From Phaeosaccion multiseriatum (Eukaryota; Protista; Ochrophyta, other classes): a stretch of 64,000 bases of DNA. The DNA lies in the NCBI GenBank assembly GCA_965112735.1, contig OZ218951.1:434001-498000 (forward strand). Direction: 5' to 3'. Position 1 is the stretch's first letter, and each line of letters opens with the position of its first letter. Shown one piece after another: positions 52,200 to 64,000 of the stretch. Position numbers and translations under genes: made by a program. A model generated the notes under the pieces. It had not been told where the DNA came from, did no database searches, and saw only the letters and a program-made list of their open reading frames with translations.

Positions 52200-54649
52200 G
52201 GGCGGCACACACACGCCACTGGTGCCGCTGCTGCTGCTGATTTTGGGTAGTGTATCTGTGCTGTGCTGTATCTGTCTCACCTGCACCTCTTTCCTGCACC
52301 AGTCCCTCAGCATCGGGGCAACGCTTCCGTAGTCTATCCTCCCCACCGCATCCTCCAGCCCCCCTGGTAGACGAGAGAGATGGCAGCAGACACACACACA
52401 CACAAAGATGAAGAGGGAGAGAGAGACAGAGAGACACATATGGGGAATGATTAACGAAGAGACGAGCACGCAGGGGCAGGGGCAAGGGCAGGGGCGAGAA
52501 AGGATTCTTGGGGTAAGGTACTTTGCACCTCCATTGGGGCGGGACTGTGTATGAAAATGACGAGAAGTGACTATGTATGATTACGTATGACTACTGTCCT
52601 TGTCACCCGAGGTTAGCTTCAGGGCCACCACACGTACCGTGCAAGTCGGGAACGCCTTTCAGGAACTGCGACGGAGTAGGCAGGAGGGAGAGAAAAGAGG
52701 AGGAGGGGGGGAGGAGAGGCAGGGGCAAGAGGAGCGAGGAGAGGAGTGAAGATGGGAGAGGTGAGAGAGGAGAAGCGGCACAGATGCATGGAATTGATCG
52801 ACCCATGCCGCAACCCTCTCACTCGCTCACAACATGCACCTACTCCCTCCCTCCGTCCCTCCCTCCGTCCCTCCCTCCCATCCGTTCCATCCGGCAGTAC
52901 CTCCGTGGTGCGGCGATCCACCTCCTTGGCCATAAACAGGTGCACAACGCGTGCCGTCCGATTCTGTAGGGAGCTCGCCGCCTTCAGAACATCTCGGGCG
53001 CTATTGCCGGAGGGGGGTTGGTTGGGGTTGGGCTCACTCGCGGCTGCCTGCTGGTGCTGCTGCTGTTCGTTCGCAATGATGCTGAGTACGAAGTTGTCGA
53101 CGGCCTGACAGATGGGCAGGAGAGGAGAGAGAAAGGGCGGAAGAGTGAGGCGGGGTGAAAGCGAGGGCGAGAGCAAGAGAGAGCGGGGAGGAGAGCGCAA
53201 GGGTCGGAGGGGAGGGTGAGGAGGGGAGAGAGTGAGAACAAGCAAGACTGGCACCAGCGTGTAGGACCTGTTACTCCTACGTATTCACAACAACGCCCTT
53301 CTCCTCACGCCCCTGAGGCCCTGACCGTTACACACACGGCATGCCATCAGACCGCAGAGCCGAAAGGGGGAGAGCATTCATTCCTTACACATTCCAGGCT
53401 TCATTCATTCCTTATATATTCCAGGCTTCTTACCGCTTCTTGCTTGCCCCCGGCCTTCCCTTTGAGCGGCCAGGACGCTTCTCCATCGGAGGGCACAGGC
53501 GAGGTCGCTGCCATGTGCGTGGAGATGGAGCTCAGCCATTGAGAGCACGAGTGGATGGCTGCAATGTCCACTTCGCGCCGCTCCTGGTTCCATCATCAAA
53601 GGTCACGGAGAGAGGAGGAGAGGAGGGCAAGGGGCTCCATCATAAGTCACGAAGAGAGGGAGGAAAGGGGGGCGGAGAGCCTCCGAGATGGGAGCCTCCA
53701 TGGGGAAGGGGAAACACGCACGCACACGTACACACACACACATACGCACCACGCTTCGTTCCGGGAAAAGCGACCAGTACGCCTCATTCAGCGCAGAATG
53801 CGGGCTGCACAGGAATAACAGGGGGCCGGGGGAGGGGGAGAGGGGGCACAGGCAGATGGGTAAGCGAGCCGGGCCATTCCCTCTCGACTGGACACACCAC
53901 ACAAGACACACACGGTGGGGGAGGTGGGCGGCTGCATATACGCCATTTGTGCGCCATTTGTTGGGTTGAGAATAGCGTTACGTGCCTCTGTCGGTCCGTC
54001 CCCGCGATGAGCCGCGCCCTGCACATGTTGGTGGCTGTTTCCGTGACCTTCAAGAGCTGCAGGGAGTCCAGACAGAGGAGGAGGAGGAGGCAACACACAA
54101 GGAGAGGGGGCGGAGAGCCAAAGTAAAGTAAAGGGCACCGCACGCAGCAGGGGGACGCGCGGGAGCGAGGATGGAGGACTAGTGAGGAGCGAGGATGGAC
54201 GACTAGTGAGGTTCGTGGAGGCTCTACTGACGGGGGGGGCCTCCCCCTCTGTCTGGTCTCTATGGTAGACTCTGCCACTCTCTGCATGCATCCTGATCTT
54301 TGACCAGGTAATGCAGAGCGATCGACGCCCACATACATGTGTAGGCCTTGCAAATGCCTTCACCAGATCAGATCGCACAGACGAAATAGCCCCCCGACCC
54401 ACCTCCATACCCCACCGAGCGGTTCACGCACCTCGTCGCGAGTCTGACTTAGAGCCCCAAAGTTGATGGCCCTTTGTCTCTGGCTCGTGATGTAGGCCAG
54501 GTGCCCATCGATGCTTTCCAAGTCCAAGGGGGGGGGTGTGAAGCTCTGTCGGACGTGGCGGTAGAGGGTATATACCATGCCCAGCCCGCGCGTCGTCTGC
54601 TGCATCTGTTCGGCCTCCTTGGCCCCGTCGCCTTCCTCTCGGCCTGCAC

Positions 54650-54680
<31 letters not shown>

Positions 54681-55200
54681 TGCTCCTGGTGACACGTCTG
54701 GTGCTGCTGCCGTATCATCACCAGCTCCTGCTTGTGCGGCTGTTGCTCCTGCCCCTGCCCCTGCTCCTGCTCCTGCTCCGGCATCGTTCGCCGGAGCTGG
54801 AAAACAACTCAGTCCGTGCCTCGCCCGAGCTCGGGCTCTGCAGTGTCACCAAAAGGATTAAGGATTTTGAAAGAGACTGTTAACACACGACATGCAGCAG
54901 TGGGGAGGTCGACCGGACTTGCGTGCTTTCAGAAGAGTTACACAGGCGAAAGTCAGCTTTACACAGTGCAAGTCTCCCCCTTGGTACGTGTCGTACTTTT
55001 GTGTGATGGTCTCTAGAATGTGCTTGCAGCGATCCTCCTCCACGACATACAGCTGCTGCTGTATCCGGGGTGGGAGCCTGAGCAGAGAGGGAGAGGCAAG
55101 GGGCAAGGAGGTGGAACGTAGTCAAGGGCAAGTGCAAGGACACTGACGCATCTCGGAAGGACGGAGGATCAGCGATCAGCACCTCAGGCGACGAGAGGAG
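52200..55200 (-). CDS. Uncharacterised multi-exon gene (boundaries approximate)
   Basis: Coding-like blocks flanked by pyrimidine tract-AG and GT signals on the minus strand, with Ala/Gly- and Gln-rich segments. No family recognised. Confidence 0.4.
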
Positions 55201-56469
55201 CGGGAAAGAGAGACGGGTATCACATGCCGGGTGAGCACGGGGTTGGGAATTGACGGACTGGCAAAGGCTTGGGGATTACGGAGAAACGTACAAGGGAGGA
55301 GAGGGACAGACGGGTCCAAATTACCTTCGCAATGTTCTGTGCAGAGGCAACAGCACCTCCCGCGCAAAGTGGACAGGGCCGTCCCTCGACAGCTGCAGGG
55401 AGAAGCGATTTGACGCTGCGGCCCCTCCCCCATCCTTCTTGCGCCCCGGCATGAGCTTCCAAAGCGTTAGAGAGGAGGGGGATCGGAGGGGGGAGGAAGG
55501 GAAGGAGAACAGAAACTGAAACTCAAATTAAGCATTGAAACTCAAACTATGTTGCGTCAACGCTGCTTAAAGGACCACAACTGCTACATTCCAGCAGCGG
55601 TAATGGCTTAGTAAAGGCCTGCTCATGGCAGGAAGGTGGCAGGGCTGGTAGTAGCAGCAGCAGTCAAGCAAAGAGAGGTATTTCACCACCACACCACCAG
55701 CAGCAGCAGAGACAAATGGAGGAGAATGAAGAAGCTGCAGCGGGGCAGCACAAAAGGATGGAACAGCACCACCTGTGTGACAGTCCTGAAGAGATTTCTG
55801 GCGCTCAGGGCTCTGAGAATACGAGTGGAAAGGCCGCAGGAGCGCACGACGACGGTGGCAGTGGTTGGGACGACGAGACTTGGACGCAAACCGTTGCTCT
55901 GGCAGATGGAGCCGGCGGTACAACCAGCGACCGCTTCGAAACCGGGCACTCAAGCGGCAGTGGAGACTGAGCTTGCGACCATCGCCGCAGCACAGGAGGA
56001 GACGCGGTGAACCAAGTGCAGACAGCTAAGCAGAGATTGAAAATCGAGAAGGCGGCTGTAGAAGATGCTTACAAAGTTAGAGGAGGACGAGGCCGGCCTC
56101 TGAAGGGAACAAGCGAGAAACTGCGGTTGAATGGTGCAGCTATGAAAGGAATTGATGAGGATTTGCTTCTCCCAGCGGAGAAGGAAGAGAAGCGAAAGAA
56201 GGAGATGGAGGAGAGAAAGAAGGGGGTGGTGACATGTCTTCAAGCGCAGACAGGGTAGATGGTGCAAGTAATGACCACTTCGTAGGGTTTTCTTCGCCGC
56301 CCCTTGGTCGCACGTCTAAGCGGTACGTTCTCAATTATCTCCTCTTCCTGCTTGATGCCTGGCTGCTCTTGTCCGCGGCCCCCGCCCACTCTCGGGCCGC
56401 CCTTTCTGAACATACCTTGACACACTTATTCCCCCTGTTGTTCTCGCCCCCTTTTTACATCTTTTTTGT

Positions 56470-58019
56470 GTGAACAGGGGTGAGAAAGACGAGGATGAGG
56501 ACGAGGAGGATGGAAATACGGGCGACAAGGGGGGCGGTGGTGCTGGGGGAGGGTTTGGGAAGAAGAATAGACCACCAGCGCAGACTGAGTTCATCCAAGT
56601 AGCACTCGAGGCGGCAAAGGGTCCAAAGGAAGGGTTGCCTTACTTGGCATACTCCCTACTACAGGGCCTCGACACCAAGCCGCCAGTCTGAAGTGGGAGG
56701 GTACTACGCCCAACGTGACGTGTTTGTCTGGGCCCCCCACCTCTTCCACAACCTTGGAGAGGACCACCAGCAGCCTCTTTGCGGATGGGATGCATCGTCA
56801 GAGTGTGTGCAAGCTTATGGGTGGACATCACCGCAGCGGGCTGTGTATGTCACAGCCTCGAGGACGATTTTTTTATGGTGGGGACAAGGCATCGGTGTAC
56901 AGAGCGATTGGACGAGAAGAAACGGATGAAAGCGGAGTACAACGAGGCGGAGAGAAAGAAGGAAACATCACAAGAGCAGGTTCGTGTGCTTCGGTTGTGT
57001 CTCATTTGCGCTACTCTCTAGGGTTCTGGATGAACACGCCGCGCCTCACTTCTTCCCTTCTCCTTCCTCACTTCGCCCTCCTTCCTTGTCCCCATCCCCG
57101 TCCATCTTGCCGCTCAGAAGAAAGCCGTAAACGAGTACTCGAGCTCCTTCTACTCCTACGACCCGCGCGTGACCACAGTGTACAAGGAGAACGTGTGCTT
57201 CCAGTGGGTGACGGCAGAGCTGCCCGTTGAGGTAGGACCAGGCAACACGGCCCTTGCAACCTCAGCGGCCCTGCTTCTCGTGCGGAACGGTACATCAACT
57301 GGCAGCATCGGTGACGCGGAGAAAATGATGAAGGAAATGAAGTCGCATTCCCTGAGCCAAAAGCAGCTACAGTTTCTAGGGTCTGCCGCATTATCCTCCA
57401 GGCGGTCGACTCAAGCGGCGTGGTGAGGCCAAGGGGCCGAAGCAGAAACACAAAAACAAGGGCGTGTCGCAGGGAAGCGGGACAGCGTCGAGCACACTCG
57501 ATGGTTGGGTACGCCGCAGCAGCAGCACGGGGCAGGGGCAGCACCAGCGGGGGGCAGCAGCAGCAGGCGTCGGCAGCAGCAACAGCAGCAGGAGCAGCAG
57601 CAGTACGGGGCAGCAGCACAGCAGCAGGAGCAGCAGCAGCAGCAGCAGCAGCAGTCGATAACTGCTGATAGTCTGGGCATCTATGTCCCAGGCTTGGAGT
57701 ATTGCGCAGGTTTTTACTTCTAAAGTGTGCGCGCGGAAAGGAGCGGCAGCTGCTCTATAGGCTACAGATGATCTGGGGGCGCATGCTGCAGGTCAGGAGC
57801 AAGAAGAATGGCTTCATTCTCGTAGCCAGAGTCAGAGGATGCTGCCTGCTGGTGTGTCCCATTCCTGAGGCCTTCACTCTTGCATGCCCTTACCCCATTT
57901 TCCACTCTTCCCCGCCCTCCATTGCCATGTGCTTTGCCGATGTTCAGCTGGATCACTCTTTCAAGGTGTTCAAGTCCGTCGAGTTCGAGAATGTGCTGTA
58001 CGGATTTCTGCAGAGCTGA
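56470..58019 (+). pseudogene. Degenerate DUF6729-like, putatively transposon-derived gene
   Basis: DVFVWAPHLF...C...C...GW..P.R...RHRC...FYSYDP...ELP...MKEMKS...QLQFL and a downstream LDHSFKV, broken by stops and frameshifts. Confidence 0.5.
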
Positions 58020-59099
58020 ATGATCCAATTCTTAGCTTGAACGGTATGAAAGTGAGCCCAAAAGCAATTATCAGGTCCGCTGGCGCCGGCCACAATCAAT
58101 AATCAGATAATCATGTCCACTCTGCGCACGCTTTGTTGAGCACGTAGCTAGGCAGGTAGGGGTGGCAGGGGGTCGGCCCCATGCGAGGTTTCTGTGGCCC
58201 CCGAGCGACAAGCAGAAGCCAGAGGCGTGTGGTTGAGAGCCGAGAGGCCAGGGGTTGGGCTGCGACCAGCGGGAAAGAGTGACAATCGGCTCCAGGCGAG
58301 GCTTCTCGGGCTCCGAGCTTCTGGGCCATAGCCCCCAGGCTTCGGGCTTCTGGCCGCAGGCCAGCGGTCTGGGCTTCAGGCAGGCTTCTCAGGCTGGGAG
58401 AAAAAAAATAGAAATTAGGGGGAGCCACGCGCGCACACACAGGCCCACCTTCATGCAGCATACGCTAGGAGATGACCTGACCCGCCTTGCTATATGAAGA
58501 TGACCACACCAACTTGAGTAAAGCAAAAAAGAAACTGGTCGAAGAAAAAGGAGGGGTAAGCAGTGTTCAGAGGGGAAGGGATGAGCAGCCTGCTGCTCTC
58601 AGAGAGATGAAATGAAGAGTCGCGAAGCGCGGAAAAAAAATTGGAGACTTGGGCTTCTCGCTACTTTTCTGCAGGCTTCTGGGCGCAGGCCAACCCCGGG
58701 CTTCTTGCTTTCGGCCGCAGACCGCCTCTCGCGGCTTCTGCTTATCAAGCGCCCCTCTCCTGGAGCAAGGGGTACTACTAATAATTCATTCTTTGTACCC
58801 CTTGCCTGGAGCCGATGCCAAGGCAGAAGCCAGCCAGAGGCGGCCGTACGGAGGGGGCTAGCTACGACCCAGAAGCCAGGAGCCAGAGAAACCTCGCGTG
58901 ATGCCGAAGGGTGTTTACCTTTTTCTTCTCCTTTCAGGAGGGTGATTTACTATTCCATCAGAAAATCGTCTCTCTCTCTCTTATCAAGGGGTAGAGTTGC
59001 CCTTCTAAAAGGGAACCCCGGGGGAGAGTTGGCCTGAAAACAAGAAATCTGCGTTAAGTTTGTCTTTCTTGCAGCGGGAGTGATTGGCACACTGCGGCA

Positions 59100-59735
59100 G
59101 AGGAGAGCAGCAGCAGGCACGCAGGAGGATAACAGCAGCACAGCAGGAGAGAGGAGAAGAAGAAAGGTGGGTGGGAACCAATGAACTGGCTGACCCCCCA
59201 ACCGAGGTTTAAAATAAGCAATTCCTTGGCACCCAAACGCGCAAAGCTTCCGCGAAAATTGCTGCTGCTGTTCAGGCCATCGGCACTCCCAAAGGACGAG
59301 TGTCTTCAAGCTCTACACGCTTGCACGGCCCATAACCCTCTGTTTCTGCCCCCCCCCCTCGCCTCCTCATGACTCCCTTTCCCTTTCCTCCACTGCTAAA
59401 TCTTTTTTCTTTCGCTCTCGCTCTCTCCTCTCACCATCGTTAATCGCCCATGTTTTCTCACTTGCCCCTCCAGCAGAGAGAAAGACAGGAGGACAACAGC
59501 AGCACAGCAGGAGAGAGGAGAAGAAGAAGGTGGGTACAAGAGCTGACCCGGCCCCCCAACCGCCGAGGTCAGCTAAAAAAACAAATCCTTGGCAAATGCG
59601 CGCCGAAAATCTTCCGTGAAAATTTCTCTGCTGCTCTTCAGGCCATCGGCACTCCCAAAGGACGAGTGTCTTCAAGTTCTACACGCTTGCACGGCCCATA
59701 ACCCTCTGTTTCTGCCCCCCCCCCCCTCGCCTCCC
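59100..59735. repeat. Local direct duplication (about 59100-59370 and 59470-59735) just upstream of the PKS
   Basis: CAGGCCATCGGCACTCCCAAAGGACGAGTGTCTTCAAG...CCCATAACCCTCTGTTTCTGCCC and GCAGCACAGCAGGAGAGAGGAGAAGAAG each occur twice. Confidence 0.85.
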
Positions 59736-59850
59736 CCTTTCCTCCAATGGGGGAAGCAAGTGCCGAGAAGGAATCTCTCTCTCACCATTTCCCATATCAT
59801 GTTTGCTCACTTGCCGCTCTAGCGTTGGATCGGGCCAAGGAGGAGAGAGA

Positions 59851-62800
59851 ATGCCCGGGGCCGGCAAGGAGCCGGCACAGGGTCAGCCTGAGGGTGCAGC
59901 AACGGGTGTGGGGGAGGGATCGGCGGCGGAGACACCCGCAGCAGCAGCACCAGTGCCAGGCAAAGAGGAGGAGGCTCGAAGGGCGCCTCTCTCCTCCCCC
60001 ACGCACCCAAACATGGGCAGCGGACCAAAGAGGAGCGAGAAAGGCGGCCATCGTCGTGGCGACATTGCCATTGTTGGAATGGCCTGCCGCTTCCCTGGAG
60101 GTGCCAACTCCGTTCCTGAGCTGTGGGACCTGCTCTGCAGGGAGGGCAGCGGCATCACAGGCATGCCCACAGATAGGTGCGTGGCTGAGTGGGTGGTGAC
60201 TGGGTCTGGACGACGGAACCTTGGAGATGATGGGCAGCGTGCATCACGGCGCTTAGCGAGCAATTTGCCCCCGCCCCCTGGCTGCAGCCAACCGCAGCAG
60301 ATCTTGCTGGAGTGGTTGGGCGGGAGGGAGTTGGGATGGTAGTGGACGGGATGAGGGGCTGAAGAATCACTGTACACACGGTCGAGGAGAGCTGATGGCA
60401 TTCACACTTATCTTTCTCTCCTTCACCCCGCCCCCTCCCTGCTTCACTGCCCTTGCTGCCTGGCGCCTCCCAAAACACTCCTCCCGCGTTCGCGCACGTC
60501 TATTTCACAGATGGGAGCCTGCGGCCTTGGACAGCGGTTACCCCACGCGGGGGGGCTTCCTCCCCGACGTAGAGCTGTTCGATAACGCCTTCTTCAACAT
60601 CTCTGACCCGGAGGCGTCCGCAATGGACCCTCAGCAGCGAGGTACGCAAAGCGTCACAATGGTGACTCGCTCGGACTTGTTTCGTCTTCAGTATAACCAA
60701 CAAGGGTCTCACCTGCTTTGCTGTTCTCCTCAACACACGCAGTCATGTTGGAGGTGGCCTACGAGACATTTCGCGACGCAGGGCTTGACAAGGAAGCTCT
60801 TCTTGAGAGCAAAACAGGTGGGTCAATGTACCCCTTTCAGTAGTAGCTAGTGATGACTGAAGCAAATAGTGAGCAGAATCAGGCGAAGAGGGAGAAACTG
60901 CTGATGGCACTGATCACACCGTATACCTCACCACAAAGTCCTCTTCTTGAACGTCCAGGAGTGTTCATCGGGTGCGGCAACGGAGACTGGATGTCCAAAA
61001 TGCAGTCCCACGCTCCTGGACCGTACGTTGCTACGGGCGCCTCAGAGGCTCTCGTGGCCAATCGGGTCTCCTTCGCCCTCGGTCTGACTGGACCTTCGCA
61101 GACCATCAACACGGCCTCTTCCTCCTCTCTCGTGGCCGTGCACCAGGCCTGCCGAGGCCTCCAAAGCCGCGACTGCGACATGGCCCTGGCCGGAGGAGTG
61201 TCCATCATGACCAACCCCGAGCCCTTCTCCGCCATGTCATCGCTGCACTTGCTGTCAGACAAGTGCATGGTCTTTGATGCCGCTGCCAACGGCTACGTGC
61301 GGGCAGGTGAGCACAAGCGGCGCCTGCGAGACCGTAGAGAAGACTAAAAGGACGAGAAAGGGAGGAGCTTACCGCAGTGCTTCTAATTATGATGACGGCC
61401 CGCCCTTTCCAGCTCCGCAAGGAGGGCGGAGAGAGGGAGAGGGAGAGGCGGGGAGAGGGAGAGAGGGGAAGAGGGAGCAGGAGCGGGAGAGGGAGAGGGA
61501 GAGGAAATGAGATAGGGGGGGAGAGAAGGGGAGATGGAGAGAAAGAGCGGGAGCGCGAGAGAGGTAGCGGGACAGAGAGGGAGAGGGCGGGACAGGGAGA
61601 TATGGAGAGGGCAGGGGCACAGATAGGGAGAAAGGGAAAGGGAGAGGAAGGGGGGGGGAAAGGGAAGGAGATAAGTGCAGGATGAGCGGAGAGTGTTTCT
61701 TTGGGTCTGAGATTGTCCTTGTTTTATAAACCTGATGAGCACGGCTCGACCACCCCCTAGCTCACCCTCCAGTCACCTCCATTTGCTGCGTGTGCCCTCC
61801 GGCTGCGAGCAGAGGGCTGCGGCGCCGTCGTGCTAAAGCGCCACGAAGACGCCATAGAGGCCCAAGACAACATATTGGCGGTGATTCGAGGCTCCTGCAT
61901 CAATCACACGGGCCACGGCACGACCCTCACCGCTCCCAACGAAGCGGCACAGAAGGCCGCGGTCTTGGACTCCGTAGCAGAGGCGGGCATCGCTCTGTCC
62001 GACGTGAGCTTCATCGAGGCGCACGGCACGGGCACGCCCCTCGGGGACCGCACGGAGTGGGCTTCCATCGCCGGAACCTATGGAGACCACGACCTGGCAA
62101 CAGCCCGCCGTCTCGTCGTTGGAGCGATCAAGACCAACCTTGGTCACGCGGAGGCTGCGGCAGGCATTGCAGGGCTCATCAAGACGGTGCTGGTGCTCAG
62201 GCATGTCCAAGCGCCTCCCAACCTCAACCTGTCCACGCTGAACCCTGCACTGAAGACGGAGGGCAACAGCGCTCTGCTACCCATCCCCGGACGCATGACC
62301 CCCATCTCTACCCGAATCGGAGGTGCGTTGGGGCCCTTATTCAAAAACGTTTCCTGTGACCACTCACTCACTCACTCACTTCACTCACTCACTCACTCAC
62401 TCACTCACTCACTCACTCACTCACTCACTCACTCACTCACTCACTCACTCACTCACTCACTCACCCAATCACTCACTCACTCACTCACTCACTCACCCAA
62501 TCACTCACTCACTCATTCACTCACTCACTCACTCACTCACCCAATCACTCACTCACTCACTCACTCAATCACTCACTCACCCAATCACTCACTCACTCAT
62601 TCACTCACTCACTCACTCACTCACTCTCACTCACCCAATCACTCACTCACTCACTCACTCACTCACTCACCCAATCACTCACTCACCCACTCCCACTCAC
62701 TCACTCGCGTCTTCTTGAGACAAGTTAAGGATTACTTTAGAGGGTATGAGCTATCGTATGATGGTAAATGGCTCAACCCGTTCTCACCATGCACTTCTGC

Positions 62801-64000
62801 TCGCTGTGGTTACTTCTGCTCCTTTCGCAGCTGTCAACTCCTTTGGGTTTGGCGGTGTCAATGCCCACGTCATCCTGGAGGGGACGGCCACCTCACAAGC
62901 GGAGAAGACCAACGTCAGAGCCTCCCCGTTCACGAGCAGAAAGGCCTTCAAGCTGCTGCCCCCCCCACCGACATCGGCGGCCGGAAAAAGCTCCTTGGCA
63001 GTAGAGCTCCGCGGTGTCAGTCCAGCCGAACGCCAAGAGAGGCTTCGATCCGTCATCTCCGACATCGCCCTCTCCAGCACGGCAGGCTCTGTCGGCATCG
63101 ACATGGACAAGCCTCTCATGGAGGCTGGCATGGATTCGTTGGCGCTCATGGAGCTGAGGCAGCGTCTGCACCTGCTCACGGACATTCCCGTTAGCAGTGC
63201 CGCCCTCTTTGCCCACCCCACCGTGGCGGCCTTGGCGGAGTGGTTGGGCTCGGCGCTCATGGAGGGAAGTGCGAGCAGCCTGCGCCTGTCCAGGAGGATG
63301 CCATCGTCTCAAGGGGGGGGCGACGCTTCTGCCCCGCTGGCAATAGTGAGCATGGCGTGCCGCTTCCCCGGAGGCGCAGACAGTCCCGACGCTTTCTGGT
63401 CCATGCTGCTGGAGGGAAAGGACTGCATCACCGCCATGCCCTCGGGAAGACTCACTGGTGCGGCGAAGGAGTGGCACGGAGGCTTCATCGACGGCGTGGA
63501 GATGTTCGACAACGCCACCTTTGGCATCTCCGTGGCTGAGGCCGAGGCCATGGACCCCACTCAGCGCATCATGCTGGAGGTCGGCTACGAGGCGCTGCAC
63601 GAGGCAGGCTTCTCTATGGCCACGCTGCGCAACAGCAACACCGGAGTGTTCGTCGGCTCCATGCAGCACGGCGACTGGGCCGCGCTGAACAAGGATGGTG
63701 ACACCAAAGCTCACTCAATGATGGGCGAGTCAGCGGGCTGCCCTGCAAATCGCCTGTCCTATGCACTGGGCTTGCGAGGCCCAAGCATATCTGTTGATAC
63801 GCTTTGCTCTTCCTCGCTCGTTGCCTTGGACACGGCTTGTCGCTACCTTCGCTTCGGCACGTGCGATGCTGCGGTTGTGGGAGGAGTGAACCTGCTACTC
63901 GGCTCCCGTTCCTTCGAGCAGCTCGACAAGGGAGGTTTCTTGTCCAAGGACTGGTACGTACGGGAGAATGGGGGGGCTGGCCTTGGGGAGCATCGAGCTC
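59851..64000 (+). CDS. Modular type I polyketide synthase, KS(Cys to Ser)-ACP-KS..., spliced, continuing past the window end
   Basis: [50 protein letters not shown] and G|[21 protein letters not shown]. Second [14 protein letters not shown]...MDPTQR...DTLCSSS. True start uncertain. Confidence 0.93.
62360..62705. repeat. (TCAC)n microsatellite within PKS intron 62323-62830
   Basis: Read directly. Confidence 0.92.

Overview
A eukaryotic (protist/algal-type) genomic window with two very different halves. Positions 1 to about 23,958 are gene-dense, intron-free and carry giant-virus (Nucleocytoviricota, probably Imitervirales-like) genes. These include an A32 packaging ATPase, RNA polymerase subunits RPB9 and RPB7, a D6/D11-type helicase, a DUF5767-like protein, patatin, redoxins, a GT25-like enzyme, a fibre-like protein and a PIP-like aquaporin. 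This is best read as a giant endogenous viral element (GEVE). A nearly intact Ty3/gypsy chromodomain retrotransposon (236-bp LTRs with one mismatch, ACGC target-site duplication) has split the viral fibre gene, and a 12 x 176-bp tandem array lies next to it. At about 23,950 the viral helicase breaks off and runs straight into a 5'-truncated, spliced NRPS. That NRPS has the architecture partial C-A-T plus a membrane/hexapeptide-repeat terminal region like that of poly-epsilon-lysine synthetase (Pls). The rest is intron- and microsatellite-rich host DNA: an orphan DExH-helicase tail, FNIP-repeat genes, a UBL-WLM-UBA-PUB protease, TMEM107, MCM6, a degenerate DUF6729-like element, and the start of an AT-less modular type I PKS whose first KS has Cys replaced by Ser. 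All family calls come from motif recognition by eye; no database searches were run.
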